Below are positions 14,660-18,044 of a DNA stretch of 18,044 nt, in pieces. The position numbers were made by a program, and so were the translations under genes. Numbering within the stretch: position 1 is the first letter of the stretch; each line of letters starts with the position of its first letter. The notes beneath the pieces are model-generated. The model was not told where the DNA came from. It made no database searches and saw only the letters and a program-made list of their open reading frames with translations. The stretch is from a candidate division WOR-3 bacterium (GTDB lineage: Bacteria > Hydrothermota > Hydrothermia > B15-G9 > WFZT01): positions 1 through 18,044 of the forward strand of contig JALUEE010000019.1 of assembly GCA_027053075.1 (NCBI GenBank), in the 5' to 3' direction.

Positions 14660-17029
14660 TTATTTCAATATGACCAGCTTACTTACGTCACGGAAATTAC
14701 CGCTCTCCATCTTCACAAAGTACACTCCACTTGACAGACCTTTCACAGCAACTCTGTGAACACCTTTCGCTGCAAAACCGTTGAACAGGTCTCGCACCTT
14801 TCTTCCACTGAGATCATATAGTGTTAACGCCACTTTTGAGTTTTTCGCAACTGCAAAAGAAACTAAGGATGTTCCACCGGGATTTATTGTGGTGCCAATG
14901 ATACCGGTTCTAACAGGCTTAATCGGAGTTTCACTTACATCTATCGGATAGTGGAAGACAATTGCAAGGCTATCATGAATTGTAACTGGAGACCCATTGT
15001 AGGAATAGAGCAAGTAGTAATTACCCGCTCCAGACTGTGCTTGAATGCCCACCGTAGATTCATCGATTCTTGAACCCATATCGAGGTACTGGAATACAAT
15101 ATCACCACTATGGTAAAGGATCACCTCAAATGTGTAAGGACCACCTGAACCATAATGAGGCACCTGGTACCATTCTACAATGAATCTTCCATTTGCTGTA
15201 TCAGCATAGTAGTAAACATTTCCTCCGCTGGAAGGATTTAAGTCATCCCAGAATGGGGCAATCAGGTCAACGGGAGAATCAGTTGGGAGAGAATCATTGG
15301 AAAATTCGGTTGTATTCTGAAGCGTGAGGAACCCGTTGGAGACTACGTACATGGGGTTGAAAGGGGCACCGTAAAACATGAAGGACATTGGCATTGTGAC
15401 CTGCGCATTGGCATCATCTCCGAGATTTAGCGGAGTCCCAACATTTGTAATGTCAACCCAGTCAAAGGCTGGTCCTCCTGGGTAATCAGAGTCCATAAAG
15501 GTATAACCAAATCCGTCCGGCCCGCCCGAGTGCACATTGGTAACAACGTTTATAGGAGGTGTTGGCTCAGATTCGTGAACAGGTGTCTCATTGTCGTATG
15601 CTGTGAGGTATATTGTATGTGATCCCGGTGTAACAGTGATTGTATCTGTGTAAGGCATCCCCGGGCTGGTGGTAGGAAAGTCTACCGCAATACTACCATC
15701 TACGTAAATGTGAATTCCGGCAAGGTCATCAAGAGGTGTGCCATCTGACTGAGTTGTGGGATTGATCCAGGAAACTTCGACTGTTGATTCGTCAATCACG
15801 TTGGCAACAGGATTGTCTGGAGGAGCTGGATAAGGTGAACCACCAGCATACCATCCCACACGCGCAAAGGCACTTGCAGAATCATTTGAGTCCACAGCCC
15901 TTACAAAATAGTTGTAGTATGTTCCATCAGTTACGTTGTTATCCTGATAAGTTTCGGTTCCGGCTGGAACTGTAGCAATGAGGGCAGTGTCCTTTGTCCC
16001 GGGTGAGCGCCATATTTCAATTGTGAAGTCCGTGAGTGTATCACCTCCAATGTAGTGAGTTGGATCATTCCAGCTCAAAGTGATTGTATTTGGGGTTGTG
16101 TAATCAGAGTAGGCTGTGAGATTTGATGGTGGACGTGGATCAAGCGAATCTCCAGCTTCAGTGACGAACATACCTATAACTGCATCAGGATTTCCCTGAA
16201 TGACTTCGAACAGCATCCCCATTGAGTTATCCCAGTCGCTTGTGAAAGCAAGACCACCAGCGTAACCATCAGGTGAAGAGTAAGTTACGGGAAAACCTAT
16301 GCCGGTGTAGCCACCTGTGCGTGGATCAAACTGGTAGATGTAATTATAACCACCCTGTCCATTATCCTCCTGAGCTGCAACCCAGAGCCATGGACCGTCC
16401 GGGGAGACATCATCCCAGGCCATACCGTAGATGGAATAAGTGTTTGTAAATGAGCTAATAACATTACCGTTCCTGTCGAACTCATAAATATTACTGCTGA
16501 AATTTGCTGTCCAGAAATGATCGGTGGCAGGATCGTAGGCAAGAGCCCTATTGGGATTTTCTGGTCCTGTAAATGTTCCTACTACGTTTCCGTTTGAAGG
16601 ATCGATTTGGTAAACGGTTGAGCCGTAACTGCCGTAAAGGTACTGACCATCCCAAGCAAGGTCTCTCAGCCCCCATCCAGTTGCGGCAGAGGGCTGATCG
16701 TATGTCGCAACAAGATTTCCCTGAGCATCAAACTTGTACAATTTATTTGGATCATTGCTGCTGTTTCCACCAGTTAGCCAGAAGAATGCCCCATCAAATT
16801 CAAGGCCAAGTATCTGATTATCACCTGTAGGCGTTTGCGCATCAAATCCCCATATTGAGTCACCGAGGTTCTGCTTTACACCGAAGTTAGGAGCACGAAA
16901 AGGGGAGTGACCTTTACTCACATCTGAGCTCTGTGATTTTTCGGGCCTTGTGTTTTTCAGCCCTTTTTCTCCCATTGCAGTGCCTGCAAGTGCAAGCACT
17001 ATAGCCATTACTACTAACTTATGCCCCAT
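14660..17029 (-). CDS. Secreted multidomain protein: beta-propeller-like N-domain, two FN3-like domains, a beta-rich (nidogen-like) domain and a T9SS/FlgD-Ig-like C-terminal sorting domain
   Basis: Signal peptide. Repeated blades GLEFDG.FFW, DLAWDG.YLY, ALAYDP..HFW and GMAWDD. FN3 patterns PPSNLTA..TLSWNDP..YFVRAVD and VSWINP..LTAYD. Also IAPFWDDL..FIVEW..TFEVIL, and C-terminal LTLYDLSGRKVRDL..LSSGVYFVKM..KLVILK. SD AGGAGG precedes it. Confidence 0.8.
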   Translation of the reverse strand: MGHKLVVMAIVLALAGTAMGEKGLKNTRPEKSQSSDVSKGHSPFRAPNFGVKQNLGDSIWGFDAQTPTGDNQILGLEFDGAFFWLTGGNSSNDPNKLYKFDAQGNLVATYDQPSAATGWGLRDLAWDGQYLYGSYGSTVYQIDPSNGNVVGTFTGPENPNRALAYDPATDHFWTANFSSNIYEFDRNGNVISSFTNTYSIYGMAWDDVSPDGPWLWVAAQEDNGQGGYNYIYQFDPRTGGYTGIGFPVTYSSPDGYAGGLAFTSDWDNSMGMLFEVIQGNPDAVIGMFVTEAGDSLDPRPPSNLTAYSDYTTPNTITLSWNDPTHYIGGDTLTDFTIEIWRSPGTKDTALIATVPAGTETYQDNNVTDGTYYNYFVRAVDSNDSASAFARVGWYAGGSPYPAPPDNPVANVIDESTVEVSWINPTTQSDGTPLDDLAGIHIYVDGSIAVDFPTTSPGMPYTDTITVTPGSHTIYLTAYDNETPVHESEPTPPINVVTNVHSGGPDGFGYTFMDSDYPGGPAFDWVDITNVGTPLNLGDDANAQVTMPMSFMFYGAPFNPMYVVSNGFLTLQNTTEFSNDSLPTDSPVDLIAPFWDDLNPSSGGNVYYYADTANGRFIVEWYQVPHYGSGGPYTFEVILYHSGDIVFQYLDMGSRIDESTVGIQAQSGAGNYYLLYSYNGSPVTIHDSLAIVFHYPIDVSETPIKPVRTGIIGTTINPGGTSLVSFAVAKNSKVALTLYDLSGRKVRDLFNGFAAKGVHRVAVKGLSSGVYFVKMESGNFRDVSKLVILK

Positions 17030-17055
17030 ATCTAACCTCCTTTTTGGTTAGGTGG

Positions 17056-17084
17056 ATTTTAAGGACTGGTGTTGCAGATGTCAA
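17056..17084 (-). promoter_or_regulatory. Predicted sigma70 promoter of the secreted-protein gene
   Basis: TTGACA (17084-17079), 17 bp, TAAAAT (17061-17056). Confidence 0.7.
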
Positions 17085-17132
17085 ACAAATTGAGATGGTG
17101 AAAAGAGATGCAACCACCCCCTCCCTGATTGA

Positions 17133-17777
17133 TTATTTTGACTTTGCGCTGGCCATTCCCCCGAATGTGACATTGAGCGAAAGTACTGGATGTGAAAGTT
17201 TAAAATTCGGAACATTCAAAACCCGATCCCCATCGTCAAATCTCCAGCTCGAAGAAGGACTTACTATATAACTTGCCCGTAGTAAAATTCCCATGAATCT
17301 GTTTAGCCTTAAAATTGCGTTGAGTGACGGCATTACGCTGATATATGAGCCTATTTCGACATATGCGTCTCTCCGGGGATTTGTTAGCAGAGAGTCGAAG
17401 GAAATTTCCCGATTAACTGGATAAATGGTCATTCTGACACCTGAACCGCCCAATCCAAGAGAAATAGCTCCCAGAAATCTGTGAGTTTCAACAAGCATGT
17501 AGCCGATTTCGAAGAAACCAGCGCCCTCATTTACGATAATATCCATGCTGTCTGAAGATACCTGCTGGGTTGTACCAAAGCCACCTCCACCGATCCAGAT
17601 TTTCCCGATAATCCCGTATCCAAGACCACCCCAGCCGTATTGTGTACCTTTTAGTGATTGAATCCCGTGTCTATTCAGAATGGTGTTGATGCTGGAGAAA
17701 TTGTTATTGCTCATGTATACCCCAAAACCTCCAAATCCACCACCATAGGTTATGAGTAAAATCATTAGTTTAAGCAT
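17133..17777 (-). CDS. Hypothetical protein, probable small outer-membrane beta-barrel
   Basis: Short hydrophobic N-terminus, Gly/aromatic amphipathic strands (GWGGLGYG, GFFEIGY, ISLGLGGSG, LSLNVTFG) and SD GGAGGTG. It overlaps the upstream stop codon. Confidence 0.65.
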   Translation of the reverse strand: MLKLMILLITYGGGFGGFGVYMSNNNFSSINTILNRHGIQSLKGTQYGWGGLGYGIIGKIWIGGGGFGTTQQVSSDSMDIIVNEGAGFFEIGYMLVETHRFLGAISLGLGGSGVRMTIYPVNREISFDSLLTNPRRDAYVEIGSYISVMPSLNAILRLNRFMGILLRASYIVSPSSSWRFDDGDRVLNVPNFKLSHPVLSLNVTFGGMASAKSK

Positions 17778-18044
17778 GTTCCATCACCTCCCATTTTGAT
17801 TTTTTATGCAAAAGATAGCCGTAAATTCCAACATAAATTCCCGAAATTGAAAGCAATGCCACCGGGAAGTACCATGTCCAGCGTAAATATCCTCCTACCG
17901 CTGCACCAAGAATAAGTAATAATGACCAGAACCAGAGTATTCTCGTCCTTGAGAAGGCGGCATTGATTCCATAGAAAACCCCCACCATCATGGTGAAATG
18001 ATATGCAAATAGCGGGGAAACCGTCCAGGTCCTATATACAAATA
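17770..18044 (-). CDS. Hypothetical membrane protein; 5' end outside the window
   Basis: The frame of the 17770-17991 ORF stays open to the window edge (...FVYRTWTVSPLFAYHFTMMVG...). About three hydrophobic helices, with an 8-bp overlap with the next gene. Confidence 0.7.
   Translation of the reverse strand, partial: FVYRTWTVSPLFAYHFTMMVGVFYGINAAFSRTRILWFWSLLLILGAAVGGYLRWTWYFPVALLSISGIYVGIYGYLLHKKSKWEVMEHA

Noticed and set aside
1445..16830. Numerous 60-145 aa ORFs nested in or antisense to the kinase, ppdK, thi genes, ftsK and the secreted protein
   Set aside because: They overlap well-supported genes and show no independent motifs, consistent with shadow ORFs.
14574..18044. Genomic island integrated at tRNA-Glu
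   Set aside because: No integrase, no tRNA 3'-end duplication and no obvious compositional shift are visible in the window.

Overview
Bacterial chromosomal window. The lineage is uncertain; the T9SS/FlgD-like C-terminal sorting domain and very short signal peptides suggest an FCB-related group such as WOR-3, which is inference only. Gene order: (1) the 5' part of a secreted multiheme c-type cytochrome on the - strand, missing from the ORF track; (2) a divergent orphan GAF histidine kinase overlapping ppdK; (3) a TPP-riboswitch-controlled ThiXYZ-type ABC transporter (-); (4) a UPF0104/lysylphosphatidylglycerol-synthase-TM-like membrane protein (+); (5) an ftsK-dtd-tandem USP cluster (-); (6) tRNA-Glu(TTC); (7) a large secreted beta-propeller/FN3 protein and two hypothetical membrane genes (-). 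The coding content is mostly ordinary. The unusual signal lies in the four long intergenic regions. These hold about 14 BoxC-like tailed hairpins in subfamilies, some assembled into repeated composite units, and many hairpins close with C(GNA)G triloops. A TIR-like 14-mer (TTTCGAACARRCTC) bounds the divergent intergenic regions and sits 8-9 bp upstream of the -35 box of four predicted promoters of unrelated genes.
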